58,778 nucleotides of DNA from the IMG/VR virus record IMGVR_UViG_3300028025_003040, positions 1 through 58,778 of that record; one strand, written 5' to 3'. Source of the stretch: a virus. Taxonomy: Duplodnaviria > Caudoviricetes. Below, in pieces: positions 42,179 through 52,184 of the stretch (position 1 is its first letter; the number at the start of each line of letters is the position of its first letter). The notes beneath the pieces were generated by a model. The model saw nothing but the letters and a program-made list of their open reading frames with translations. It was not told the DNA's origin and made no database searches. The translations under genes and the position numbers were made by a program.

Positions 42179-43403
42179 TCTGGAATGGGTTTTCATAAAT
42201 CTCTTTTACGATACCACGATTGATATCCCAGTCTAGATAGAAGTTGAAGTCTGTTCCGTGTCTATTCTTTCTAGAAACCACCTCAATCATATTTGTTTGA
42301 GGATACTTGTGAATAGCCATAGCCATATCAGCATCATATTCAATTGCCTTTGACCAAGCCACTTGGCTCATCATAGGTGGATTATCTTGATCCGATACGT
42401 CGTCTGCTGTGGCTGCGGTAATATCTATAATTGGAATATTGTTAGATACGGCAAGCATCTTAAATTCACGAGATACATTTCGGTTACGCTCTACTTCAGA
42501 ATTTGAACGCTTATTATCGTTAAACAATTGGTGGTAATCAAGGATAACTAAGTCTGGCTTATGCTGATCTATCTTGCCTTGTATCGTAGCAGGGGTAACC
42601 TCAGAGTTACCTTCATTTGAAATAAGCACAAAAGAATTTTTTCCTTCAAACCTTTTTGTACCCCAAGATCTAAAATCATCAATGTTAATATCTCCTTTTG
42701 ACAAATCGCTTGCTTTAAATAGTCCAGAGCCAAGCATTGTATAGATACGATCTCTCATGTTCTCTGGTGCCATTTCAAGAGAAACAATCATAGGCTTAAA
42801 TCCTTGTTCCCAAGCTTTACACGCAAGATAAGAAGTAAACCAAGTCTTACCACGTCCTGGCCAACCAATAGCAACAATTAAATGCCCTGGAGCCATGCCA
42901 GTAGGATAAGCTGTATCGATTGCATTAAATCCAGTTCTAATTCCTGGGGATCCTCCCATTGCTTCTGACCTGTTACGAACAGCCTCAAAATGTCTTGCTG
43001 CATTTTCAACATCCGTGATGTCTAAGTCTCTTACGTTATTTGTAAATCTGCTTAGTCCAGCAAGTTCGCTTTGTAGTTGTGATAAAACTCTTGATGCCGC
43101 TTCATCTTTAAGGGCAGATCCACCACGAAGAATAATTCCTTTTAGTTTGCTTGATATATATTCATTCTTAAGAATGTCTAGATAGTAGCCAGTCTCAGCT
43201 TTTGGAAGCACTGGCTCAAAATCTTTAAATCTTTCTTGCAGCACAGCAACTTCTGGTACTGCTTTAAACTTATAATAATAACTCTTAAGACCTTCCCACA
43301 CGTCTCTATGAGAAGTAAATAAATCATCTACGTTGTCTGCAAGAAGGGTGCTGATATCCTTGTTCTTACAAACTGAGGATATTAATGTTGCTTCTGTATT
43401 CAC
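42159..43403 (-). CDS. dnaB: replicative DnaB-like helicase
   Basis: GWPGRGKT, SLEM, ILDY, IEYDAD, KNRHG. Confidence 0.92.
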   Translation of the reverse strand: MNTEATLISSVCKNKDISTLLADNVDDLFTSHRDVWEGLKSYYYKFKAVPEVAVLQERFKDFEPVLPKAETGYYLDILKNEYISSKLKGIILRGGSALKDEAASRVLSQLQSELAGLSRFTNNVRDLDITDVENAARHFEAVRNRSEAMGGSPGIRTGFNAIDTAYPTGMAPGHLIVAIGWPGRGKTWFTSYLACKAWEQGFKPMIVSLEMAPENMRDRIYTMLGSGLFKASDLSKGDINIDDFRSWGTKRFEGKNSFVLISNEGNSEVTPATIQGKIDQHKPDLVILDYHQLFNDNKRSNSEVERNRNVSREFKMLAVSNNIPIIDITAATADDVSDQDNPPMMSQVAWSKAIEYDADMAMAIHKYPQTNMIEVVSRKNRHGTDFNFYLDWDINRGIVKEIYENPFQNDAQTN

Positions 43404-43759
43404 GCTATTCCGCCTTCTTCAACCATATGCTTTGTCGCCTCCAATAGGTGTTGGCGATTTAACTTGTCTTTGTCAATCTCAGTTTTCATTCTGTCCATCT
43501 TGTCAAAGTTATAAAAGAAAAATGTAAGAGAGTGGTCTGGCCTATCTATTACGAAGTAATACTCTATTAGCTGGATAGCACGAGTATATCCAACACTATC
43601 TATTACATCTTGCATTGCCCATTTTTCTCTATACTTGTTTACTCTTGCTTCTTTCTTATACTTTTCTTTATATAACTTTTGATAGATCCCAATAAGAATA
43701 AAGGGCTCAGACTTTTTGTTGCTTTCTACAATAGCCTGAAGGTCCTCTTTACTTGCCAC
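43400..43759 (-). CDS. hypothetical protein, coupled to helicase
   Basis: ORF track; GTGA overlap. Confidence 0.75.
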   Translation of the reverse strand: MASKEDLQAIVESNKKSEPFILIGIYQKLYKEKYKKEARVNKYREKWAMQDVIDSVGYTRAIQLIEYYFVIDRPDHSLTFFFYNFDKMDRMKTEIDKDKLNRQHLLEATKHMVEEGGIA

Positions 43760-43961
43760 GGTTAGATAACTCCTCTTCTACCTCACGAGTTTTTTCAATA
43801 AGCTTTTCTTCAACAAACTTATATACTCTTTCTGTAGCAGTATCTACATTTTCTCCCTGGCGAACATTATCTTCTATGCCAATACCAATTTTAATGCTTT
43901 CGTAATTACCAAGGTTTCTAGTAAACGATAGGTCGATCTTTACCCTTGTATCGTTACTCAT
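43749..43961 (-). CDS. hypothetical protein
   Basis: TRNLGNYESIK motif. Confidence 0.75.
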   Translation of the reverse strand: MSNDTRVKIDLSFTRNLGNYESIKIGIGIEDNVRQGENVDTATERVYKFVEEKLIEKTREVEEELSNRGK

Positions 43962-44072
43962 TTTTATGCTCCACTTTCTTATGTCTTGATAGAGTATCGT
44001 TGGCAAATATACCCCAGCGAACTTCTATTGATTTGCTACAAATGTCACAAACCACAACTCTTGTTTTTTCCA

Positions 44073-44558
44073 CTACTCCGCCTTCCAGACTGGCACAAAT
44101 TTTCCCTCTTCTGTCTTAGTATACAATATCATGTTGTGTTTGAGAATAGCCAGCAATTCAGATTTAGAAGGGGTATTGTTTGAATAGCCATCTTCTAATA
44201 TAAATTCATGTATCTGCAAAATGTCTGACTGTTTTAACATATACTTTGACCATGTGCTGTCATCTGGATTAGCTATTGGATATACCTTAGTTGGCTGTTT
44301 AATTTTGCCTTCTAATATATAATCTTCAATTGTAACCTTATGCTTATTAAGCATATCGGCAACCTGCTTTAATGTATATGCAGTCTCCATGTACTTAACC
44401 ACTAAAGAATAGTTATACATAACCCTTCTTTTTTCTGGATAGCACCAAGCGACAATCTCGTCTTTAGCCCTAGAAACCCGTAAGGTTTTATGGATTTTAC
44501 CCTCTAAGAAGAAATAGAGAAATTTTTTGCGTGTTCCTGATCTCTTTTTTCTAGCCAT
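44073..44558 (-). CDS. DNA-binding protein with excisionase/MerR-like HTH
   Basis: YTLKQVADMLNKHKVTIEDYILEGKI. Confidence 0.6.
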   Translation of the reverse strand: MARKKRSGTRKKFLYFFLEGKIHKTLRVSRAKDEIVAWCYPEKRRVMYNYSLVVKYMETAYTLKQVADMLNKHKVTIEDYILEGKIKQPTKVYPIANPDDSTWSKYMLKQSDILQIHEFILEDGYSNNTPSKSELLAILKHNMILYTKTEEGKFVPVWKAE

Positions 44559-44692
44559 TTTGCCAACGCATTCGTCTCCTTGTTGAGCATCCATCGGCGC
44601 CCACACATAATACAGAACAATTCCATATGTAATTTTTGAGAAAATACTCTATCAATAAATACTCTACCAGTACATCTCTGACATTTCATCAT
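44504..44692 (-). CDS. Zn-ribbon protein
   Basis: CQRCTG...CIMCG. Confidence 0.7.
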   Translation of the reverse strand: MMKCQRCTGRVFIDRVFSQKLHMELFCIMCGRRWMLNKETNALAKWLEKRDQEHAKNFSISS

Positions 44693-45492
44693 AACGAAAA
44701 TAGCTTCCCGTCAACAACACATGTATAGTTTGGAGAAATATGAATCATTTGAATATGAGGGTATTCTCCATTTTCAATATGTGCAATAGCAAAACCCTTT
44801 TGCCAATCATGATGTTGAGAGTATTTCATTCCATCGCTCTTTTCATCACACATGTGACCAATTTCATAGCCACGAATAGTTTCGCCTTCACCGTTATTTC
44901 TTAATTCATATGTTTGCAAATGTGATGCAATTCTATGAGAGTGCCCACGGATCAGAGAAATTTGAAGGTCTTCCATATCTTTTCGAACTGCACCAGTGGC
45001 TGATACAGATAGACCATGGTGTACGTGAATATCTCCAAAGCGTCGCTTTGGCAATTCATTGTAATAAATATATTCATATCCAAGAGAATCTAATGACCAC
45101 ATGGATTCTGGTGTCACGTCTTTTATATAATCTGGAAGCTTTGCATCTACGTAATTAAAAATTCTAATATCATGATTACCTAGGGCTGAGAATAACTGTG
45201 CGTTGGGTAGCATTTCTCTTGTCTTAGCATAGAAATCTCTTGCTTCTTTGGCTTCATGCCTCATCATAGGAACAATTAAGTCTTTGCTATCTGTCTTATG
45301 AAGATTAAGAAACTCTGCCGACCTGCCTTCAGTATATTTACTATAGCATGCCTGATCATCTGTGTCTCCCAAATAGTCAACAACATCTGGCTTGAACCAC
45401 TTCATTACCTTAAACCAAAGGGCTATAGCTTTATCATCTTGATACGGGAACTGCTGGTCCGAGGATAGCATCCACTTTAAATCATTGCTCAT
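44689..45492 (-). CDS. calcineurin-like metallophosphoesterase
   Basis: SDQQ, LGD..D, GNHD, HHG, GHSH. Confidence 0.85.
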   Translation of the reverse strand: MSNDLKWMLSSDQQFPYQDDKAIALWFKVMKWFKPDVVDYLGDTDDQACYSKYTEGRSAEFLNLHKTDSKDLIVPMMRHEAKEARDFYAKTREMLPNAQLFSALGNHDIRIFNYVDAKLPDYIKDVTPESMWSLDSLGYEYIYYNELPKRRFGDIHVHHGLSVSATGAVRKDMEDLQISLIRGHSHRIASHLQTYELRNNGEGETIRGYEIGHMCDEKSDGMKYSQHHDWQKGFAIAHIENGEYPHIQMIHISPNYTCVVDGKLFSL

Positions 45493-45575
45493 TGTTTGCC
45501 TTAATACGAAAAAAGTCACGGGAACGTGACTTTGATGTTACACCCTTAGTGTAACATATTTTACCTGTGTGTCAA

Positions 45576-45983
45576 CTACTTATTTGCTATTGCAATCCAG
45601 TTTACTAAAGTGGTTCCAGTTCTTGCTAGGTTGGAACCAACAACAATTTTTGGAGTTAAAGTATCTCCATTTACAATCTGGATGCTTACTTGTTCTTTTG
45701 CTCTTAATGTACTTGCTAGTGTAGCAACTACTGTTGGAACAACGGTTCCAAAGCTGGTGTTATATGTAATAGGGACTGCTGCTGAAATTGCACCTGCAGC
45801 AATTGCTGATACGGAAACTTGTCCATAGTCTACAATTGGCTGTAGCTTTTGTCCATCTAATGTTTGATTAAATAAGATTTGAGAAGAAAGGTTAGTAATA
45901 TTAGCCTGAAGCTTCTGAAGATCTGTTGGGTCTAGAGGGGCTCCCTCATTAAATACAACTGGTTCAATCTTAAAGTCTGCCAT
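45576..45983 (-). CDS. tail-associated protein
   Basis: C-terminal F...PTVV...VNWIAI fibre-like domain. Confidence 0.6.
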   Translation of the reverse strand: MADFKIEPVVFNEGAPLDPTDLQKLQANITNLSSQILFNQTLDGQKLQPIVDYGQVSVSAIAAGAISAAVPITYNTSFGTVVPTVVATLASTLRAKEQVSIQIVNGDTLTPKIVVGSNLARTGTTLVNWIAIANK

Positions 45984-46375
45984 TATAAGTTTTCTCCTAA
46001 ATCGTGCATATTTGTTTCTACTTCACTTACCTCAATAGTCTTAGACCTATCTAGTCCATATCTATCAAAGGTATCTGGGTCAACTACATGCCGACGCTTG
46101 TTCTGTGATATTAAATATATTTTACCATCTGCTATGTTCTTTATCAAGGTCCCGTCTCTAAAGCCTAGTTTACCTACAACTTTAGATCCAGACAAAGCTG
46201 TCTCTGTAGCATGAACCATTGTAAATGCCCATGACTCAACAGCTCTCTCAGATATAAGACGAAATCTCTTTCCATCTTTAATCCAATAAACATTTTTCTC
46301 AGTCCTTACCGCTATCCCTGATGGGAAATTTGTTGGACTACTTACTGTCTTGTGTTGCTGCTTCTTCTTTAGCAT
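45983..46375 (-). CDS. hypothetical protein with internal repeat
   Basis: VYWIKDGKRF / IYLISQNKRR duplicated motif. Confidence 0.7.
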   Translation of the reverse strand: MLKKKQQHKTVSSPTNFPSGIAVRTEKNVYWIKDGKRFRLISERAVESWAFTMVHATETALSGSKVVGKLGFRDGTLIKNIADGKIYLISQNKRRHVVDPDTFDRYGLDRSKTIEVSEVETNMHDLGENL

Positions 46376-46496
46376 CTTTGTCCATAAGTTGAGTAATCTC
46401 TGCACGAAGAATTGCAATCTGAGTTTCATAGGTAGAAACAATTTCCCCAATACGCTGTTGTAGCGCTGTAATTACTAGTTCTGCTTTTTCAGCCAT
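46338..46496 (-). CDS. small coiled-coil protein (52 aa)
   Basis: Read by hand: MAEKAELVITALQQRIGE... Confidence 0.6.
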   Translation of the reverse strand: MAEKAELVITALQQRIGEIVSTYETQIAILRAEITQLMDKDAKEEAATQDSK

Positions 46497-46529
46497 AGTT
46501 AATCCGATCTGTTAGATTCTAGGATACCA

Positions 46530-49088
46530 TTATCCTTCGAGGGCGTCAAGTCTATTTTCTATAGATTCTATCTTGGCTTTTATTTCTTTTAATGCCATTA
46601 TAGCTAAAACTCCTACAAGTTCATAATGAACCGCTCCTGGATTTCCTTCCGCATCACGAGGAACTAGGCCATCCTTAAGTTCTGGTATCTCTGCCACCTC
46701 TTCTGCAATTAATCCAAAAGCCTTTGGAGCACTATCTTCTTCATTTCTATCTATATAAGAAACTGGAGATAGTCTTGTAAGAAGATCCATGTAACTACCC
46801 TCTATTAATGGAGAAATATTTTTCTTAAATTTTCTGGAAGATGTGTTTACTCTCAAGAATCCCGTTGCATTTGTTCCAGTTCCTCCTGCATAAACCTGTC
46901 TAACAGCATATGCTGATGTTCCAGTATATACTCCAAGAGTATTTGCATAAATTCTACCATCACCATAAAGTGTTGTTGTGCCAACACCTAGGTCAATAGT
47001 TCCTGTACCAAGTACCATGCTTCCGCTTACTGAAACAAAGTCTCCGCTAGTAGTGTAATAGTCTCCACCTGAAGTTGTAAGAAACCCGCCGCTTCCAGCG
47101 TAAACAGATTTAAAATATGCTCCTCTTAATGCGTCAAATATTGCAACATCTTCTGTCAAACCAGGATCGTCATATGAACCATAAAGATATGTTGAACCAC
47201 TTGATAAGTAGCCATTAGCGTTGATTGACCATCCACCAATATATCCACTGTCAGCTTGAATTTTTCCAGTTACAGTCAATGTGCTGGTTGATGATACATA
47301 TCTTAAAAAACTTGTTGCATCGCCCGCTCTAAATCCAGTGCTATTCCAGTAATTGTTTGAATCTCTAGATATCTGTCCAGTTACAGTTAATACACCAGTT
47401 GAAGAAACGTATTCTAATTTATTTGTACCATTTCCAACTAAAAATCCAGTAGAGTTCCAATAATTATTTGTATCAATGCTAAATTGTGATGCTGTTATAT
47501 TTGCAACAGTAACTGCTCCCGTAGATGTGTTTATAGTTACAGTATTTCCAGAAGATCCAATTGTAAGGTTACCAGATCCGCTATATTTAATACCAGAACT
47601 TCCACCAAATTGAAATGCCCCTCCGCTTGACCAACTATCTCCACCTGACCCGCTTAGGCTAAATGTAGATGCAGTAATTGATCCATTTACTGTTAGGCTT
47701 GGAGAGGCTCCTGTAGTTAATGTAAATTTACCGCTTGCCGTTCCATTTGAATTTCTATGAGTTATGCCATCTGCTGCAATATCAATATAAGAAGATGAAG
47801 TTGCTCCAACAATAATACCACTTGTATTAAGCCTAATTGTTGGGCTGCTTGAAGCATTTTGTAAAGTTGAGCTTCCAAGATACCAGCCACCAATTGTTCC
47901 GCTTGTTGCTCTTATTACACCGTTATTAGAAACGCTAAATGGCGCACTAGACTCTGTTGCATTTCCTAACCACATACCAGTTGCTGGCTCTGCTTTAAAT
48001 ATACTGTTTCCAGATCCTACAGAAAGATTTCCTGAAAATGTAGAACTTCCTGTAATTGCTAGCGTTCCAGTTGACCCACCAATAAATTCTAATAACTTTG
48101 TAGAACCATCTGTTCCATAAATAATAAATGGACTTGAGGCGCCAGACATAACAACTCTAGCTCCACCAGAAGCCCCTGCAGTAATTGAAGCATCTGCTGC
48201 CAAGATTCCTGTTTTAATTTCGCTTGCTGGCAACTTGTCCACAGTTATATTTGTAGGGCTAGATGCCACTGCTGTAGAAGTTTCAGTTCCGTCTGCATTT
48301 ATAGTTCTTAATTTTATATAATATGGAGTACCATAGGTTAATGTCGAACCACTTGTTTTATTTATTACTGTACCTACTCCGATAGATACTTGGTTTGTTC
48401 CATTAGCAAAATTTAAAGAATGAACCCAGTTATCTGCACTTGGCGTAAAAGTAGAAGTTGTTCCAATATAAACTTTTGCCCCAGCAAAAGCTCCTGCTGT
48501 AAAATTGTTTCCGTCTGACTTCTTACCATTCCAAGAAACAACTATAGATGCAAGTCCTGTTGTAATTGTTGGAGCAGAGGGATCTTCTGGAGTTGTAACT
48601 GGTGTACCTACTGTAGTCACTGTTTTTGTAATTGCTGTGCTTGTTGGTGATAGGGTTCCTAGTTTTGATACCGCAACTAAAACTACTGTATACGTACCAG
48701 CTGGTGCTGTAAATGTTTTAGTTCCAGCAGTCTTAAAATTATCAGTTGGTTTGGTTCCATCAAATGGTAATCCATCAATATAAATATCAACACGATCAAT
48801 ATTAGTTAAATCTGCACCAGATGAATTTTTGCCATCCCATGTTACTGAAAGGTATCCAGCTGCCCCAATAACATTTGCAGACTGCAATCTTGGTGTTGCT
48901 GGATCTGACTCTCCTGGTGTTGATAATGTTTTTGCTGCACCCCACTTGCTAAAACTTCCGTCTTTATTTTTCCATCTAAATTGAACTGGGTAGGGTTGAT
49001 TTACATCCAAATCAGTAATTGTTAATATGAAATAATTTCCATTTTCAAATGACTGCGAGGTATCTTTAATTAGATCTTCGTATGCCAT
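46530..49088 (-). CDS. tail fibre/spike with C-terminal S74 intramolecular chaperone
   Basis: FN3-like N-terminus, G/S/T-rich shaft with NNYWNSTGF repeat, SSRKFKKNI..FGLIAEEV..coiled coil. Confidence 0.82.
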   Translation of the reverse strand: MAYEDLIKDTSQSFENGNYFILTITDLDVNQPYPVQFRWKNKDGSFSKWGAAKTLSTPGESDPATPRLQSANVIGAAGYLSVTWDGKNSSGADLTNIDRVDIYIDGLPFDGTKPTDNFKTAGTKTFTAPAGTYTVVLVAVSKLGTLSPTSTAITKTVTTVGTPVTTPEDPSAPTITTGLASIVVSWNGKKSDGNNFTAGAFAGAKVYIGTTSTFTPSADNWVHSLNFANGTNQVSIGVGTVINKTSGSTLTYGTPYYIKLRTINADGTETSTAVASSPTNITVDKLPASEIKTGILAADASITAGASGGARVVMSGASSPFIIYGTDGSTKLLEFIGGSTGTLAITGSSTFSGNLSVGSGNSIFKAEPATGMWLGNATESSAPFSVSNNGVIRATSGTIGGWYLGSSTLQNASSSPTIRLNTSGIIVGATSSSYIDIAADGITHRNSNGTASGKFTLTTGASPSLTVNGSITASTFSLSGSGGDSWSSGGAFQFGGSSGIKYSGSGNLTIGSSGNTVTINTSTGAVTVANITASQFSIDTNNYWNSTGFLVGNGTNKLEYVSSTGVLTVTGQISRDSNNYWNSTGFRAGDATSFLRYVSSTSTLTVTGKIQADSGYIGGWSINANGYLSSGSTYLYGSYDDPGLTEDVAIFDALRGAYFKSVYAGSGGFLTTSGGDYYTTSGDFVSVSGSMVLGTGTIDLGVGTTTLYGDGRIYANTLGVYTGTSAYAVRQVYAGGTGTNATGFLRVNTSSRKFKKNISPLIEGSYMDLLTRLSPVSYIDRNEEDSAPKAFGLIAEEVAEIPELKDGLVPRDAEGNPGAVHYELVGVLAIMALKEIKAKIESIENRLDALEG

Positions 49089-49089
49089 T

Positions 49090-50022
49090 TTAGAAATCCA
49101 AATCTAATTTATATTCTACGTCCACTGCTCTTCCAGTTGACTTTGATAATGCTGTTGCTAATATTGATCTGCTGATTAAACCAAATGCTGGGTCGAATGT
49201 ATCTTCATCATTTATTCTAAGCCCGTCCATACCTACAGAAGTTGATTGTCCACTTATTGGTGTTACAATAATTCCAATTTTATTAATTGCTGTTTTATCT
49301 GGGCTATTTACTGCGCCAGCAAATACGGTGCTCATTAAAACATCTGGAGATAGGTAGTAGCCGACGCTTGCAGATGGACTAAATGTTATTTCATAATATC
49401 CATTATTTGAACTATAGAATCTTACTTTAACTGAAGATAGATTTACGTTGTTTCTATAGAATGCTATCTTAACTGAATCATATATGCTATATCCAGAAAA
49501 ATCAATTGTAGCAATACTTTGAGTATATTCTCTAGCTGCGGTAGAATTAGATGTCATTGTTAAAACATTATCTCCTACCCTAACTCCAGTTGTAGAATAT
49601 TGTGGATTATTGTTGCTCTCATCTTTCCAGTCAAGAGAATCGTAAAAGTCTGCAAGGAATTTGCTATCAAAATTATTAATTGATGAACGTGTGGATGGAT
49701 ATATTCCTACCTCTTTAATTGATCCTGCTACATCTTGTGGGATTGTTGTTTTATAAATAACTGAGTACGTTGTTGTTCCCGCTGTTGTCTGTATATCAGT
49801 GGCGCCTAGAGTTACTGGTGTTCTGTAGAATTCAAATTCAAGTCTTGTATCGTTTTCGCTTGCCGCCGTTGTTCCTATGCCAAAAGCCATATCTTTTTCA
49901 AGATCTGATACGTTACCAGCAATGAAATTAGTAAAGAATCTTTTACCAAATTTAGTAATTATGTTTTCTGAACGGCAAATCTCTTTGCCATCTTGGCTAA
50001 ATATATAGGTACCTTTAAGCAT
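49090..50022 (-). CDS. minor tail protein
   Basis: Tail operon; ENIITKFG..GIGTTAA..DTRL pattern. Confidence 0.6.
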   Translation of the reverse strand: MLKGTYIFSQDGKEICRSENIITKFGKRFFTNFIAGNVSDLEKDMAFGIGTTAASENDTRLEFEFYRTPVTLGATDIQTTAGTTTYSVIYKTTIPQDVAGSIKEVGIYPSTRSSINNFDSKFLADFYDSLDWKDESNNNPQYSTTGVRVGDNVLTMTSNSTAAREYTQSIATIDFSGYSIYDSVKIAFYRNNVNLSSVKVRFYSSNNGYYEITFSPSASVGYYLSPDVLMSTVFAGAVNSPDKTAINKIGIIVTPISGQSTSVGMDGLRINDEDTFDPAFGLISRSILATALSKSTGRAVDVEYKLDLDF

Positions 50023-50453
50023 TATTCTGACGCAGGATTATATAACCTTGCATCTACCCCCTCAACATTTTCTGGACTTGTGCTAGTATTTCTAATTTTA
50101 ATAACAGCTCTATATTTTGTAATTTTAGTTGAAGCATCTTGATACTCTTCATATGTTACAGACTCAATATCGGTTGGGTCTGGTATATCTACAAGTACGG
50201 CTTTTGGCTCTAGATATGTTGTCTTACCAGGATTAGTATATGTTGTATCTCCGCCAGTAAATCCAGATGCATTTCCCATTCCAGCTAGCTGTGCAGCAAC
50301 TGGTGGCCCAGCTTGATATGAAGAGTATACAGTTTTTGATCCAGCTTTAATTGCAACCTCATATGGTGCAAACAAAGCGACATCAGGGTTATCTTCTGAC
50401 ACTTGAATAATAGGGGGCTTTACAACTTGTTGGCTGGGGACTCTTTTTACCAT
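50022..50453 (-). CDS. tail-region hypothetical protein
   Basis: Synteny. Confidence 0.55.
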   Translation of the reverse strand: MVKRVPSQQVVKPPIIQVSEDNPDVALFAPYEVAIKAGSKTVYSSYQAGPPVAAQLAGMGNASGFTGGDTTYTNPGKTTYLEPKAVLVDIPDPTDIESVTYEEYQDASTKITKYRAVIKIRNTSTSPENVEGVDARLYNPASE

Positions 50454-50477
50454 TTTATTATTATACCATTTGGTCGA

Positions 50478-52184
50478 CTATAAAGTTCGACATGTAACGG
50501 TAGTCTCCAATCCTTCGCTAAATGAGTTTGTTATATTTGTTACAATTAAAAGCTGGGTTCCATTAAATCCTTGATAAGCATAATTAATTGAAACAATATC
50601 TCCAATACAAATTAATGGATTTCCAAAAGTTGTTAACTCTACTATCTTACCACGATTTACAACCTTTTCTTTAATCCAGTTTGCTAATTTTTTAACATCA
50701 TTTTCGTTTTGAAGCCATGTTGATTCAAATCCAATTGGCTCAACTATTCCATAGTAATAATCATTATCTTTATCATCATCTGTAGAGTACTCAAGGGTTC
50801 CAGATTCTCCTATAGTATTACCGATTAAATAGAATGACGCTTCAGACCCATCTGATAAAGGTATGGTTGAAGACGAATTATTTAGAACGTATGCTTCCCC
50901 TCCAAAGCTAGAGGCTTTTGATGCAATAATTTTTGCAGCGCTATTGTTGCCAGTTGACCATTTAACTGGATAGGCTGGTCCGCTTCCATATCTAGTTTTG
51001 ACATATGCTATTTCTCTAACAACAGTTCCAAATTCATCCAGGATTGTTGCTTTTCTTGCCGACTCGCTTGAATACTGATCCTGATCTGCGTTAGCATCAT
51101 ATAAAAGATTTCCAAAGGTTGTAGACAAAACATCATTTGAAAATTGACCGTCATAAAAGTTAGGCATATAGTCTTGTTTATTATAATCTTCTTCTGTTAT
51201 GCTTGTTCCAAATACATAGTCATATGCAATTTGTCCTTTTACAGAAACCAGGCCTATGTTATTTGTTGGCGTTGGAATATTATTTGAAGCAGTATAACTT
51301 ATTGTATCGGTAGTAGTTATTTTAAATCCATTAATGTATGCATTAATTGTAACAGTTTGTTGATAAATTTTTACTTTTACGTCTATTGTATAAGTTACAC
51401 CAGCATAAATTCCATCTAATGTGCTGGTTGCGCTTACCTGCGAAGTCTTTAATTCTTTTAAATTTGTACCATCAGACTTACATATTCTTACAGATTTTCT
51501 ATCTTTTGCTGCTGCAGATGCTGTAGTTTCTACAAATATAAAATACCCAGATGTTCCTTCTGCTCCTACAAAAAATCCTAGTCCTCCGCCTGGATTAGGA
51601 TACTCTTGCGTAGGCATCATAAACATTTTAGTTCCAAAAGCATAATGCATTTTTGAATAAGTGGTTGCCTTATATGTTTTGCCAGGTACGGTAGCCTGTG
51701 TTGAAGTTGGTAAAGATATGCCGAAGGATTTTAAGGACACCGCATACTCGTTTTTGTTTTTGCTTGCATTTGTTATCTTTAAATATGATTTAGATGCCTT
51801 TACAACTTGAGGGCTAGAATTTGATTTAACTACCTGACCATTAAATGTGCTGGCTGCTAAATCAACGATCATGCTTATGCTTTGTCCACGAGCAGTTCCT
51901 TTGTAGGCCTGCATTTTAAAATAATATTTTGAACCAGCTGTTAGATCATCAATAATTACTGAGTCGTCTTCAAAGGTACCAGTGTCGCTAGTACCATCTG
52001 GCTGGTATGTGGATAAAAGTCTTTGCCATGTCCACCTATAATAATCTGGGGTATCCGTCATTCCTTCTGGATTTGGTATTAGTTTAATAGAAGTGGGGCT
52101 TAGCTGTTCTGCAAAAAATTGTTTTTGAAAATCAATAGAAGATAAAGTTCCGTCCGATCCTCCGTACATTGGTTCTGCTGCCAT
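50478..52184 (-). CDS. minor tail protein
   Basis: FN3-like segment; C-terminal GNPLI.IGDIV hub motif. Confidence 0.65.
   Translation of the reverse strand: MAAEPMYGGSDGTLSSIDFQKQFFAEQLSPTSIKLIPNPEGMTDTPDYYRWTWQRLLSTYQPDGTSDTGTFEDDSVIIDDLTAGSKYYFKMQAYKGTARGQSISMIVDLAASTFNGQVVKSNSSPQVVKASKSYLKITNASKNKNEYAVSLKSFGISLPTSTQATVPGKTYKATTYSKMHYAFGTKMFMMPTQEYPNPGGGLGFFVGAEGTSGYFIFVETTASAAAKDRKSVRICKSDGTNLKELKTSQVSATSTLDGIYAGVTYTIDVKVKIYQQTVTINAYINGFKITTTDTISYTASNNIPTPTNNIGLVSVKGQIAYDYVFGTSITEEDYNKQDYMPNFYDGQFSNDVLSTTFGNLLYDANADQDQYSSESARKATILDEFGTVVREIAYVKTRYGSGPAYPVKWSTGNNSAAKIIASKASSFGGEAYVLNNSSSTIPLSDGSEASFYLIGNTIGESGTLEYSTDDDKDNDYYYGIVEPIGFESTWLQNENDVKKLANWIKEKVVNRGKIVELTTFGNPLICIGDIVSINYAYQGFNGTQLLIVTNITNSFSEGLETTVTCRTL

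Noticed and set aside
28160-43403. Inteins or introns in terL, recA, dnaE or dnaB
   Set aside because: Lengths are ordinary, motifs are contiguous, and no splice-junction or LAGLIDADG signatures were seen.
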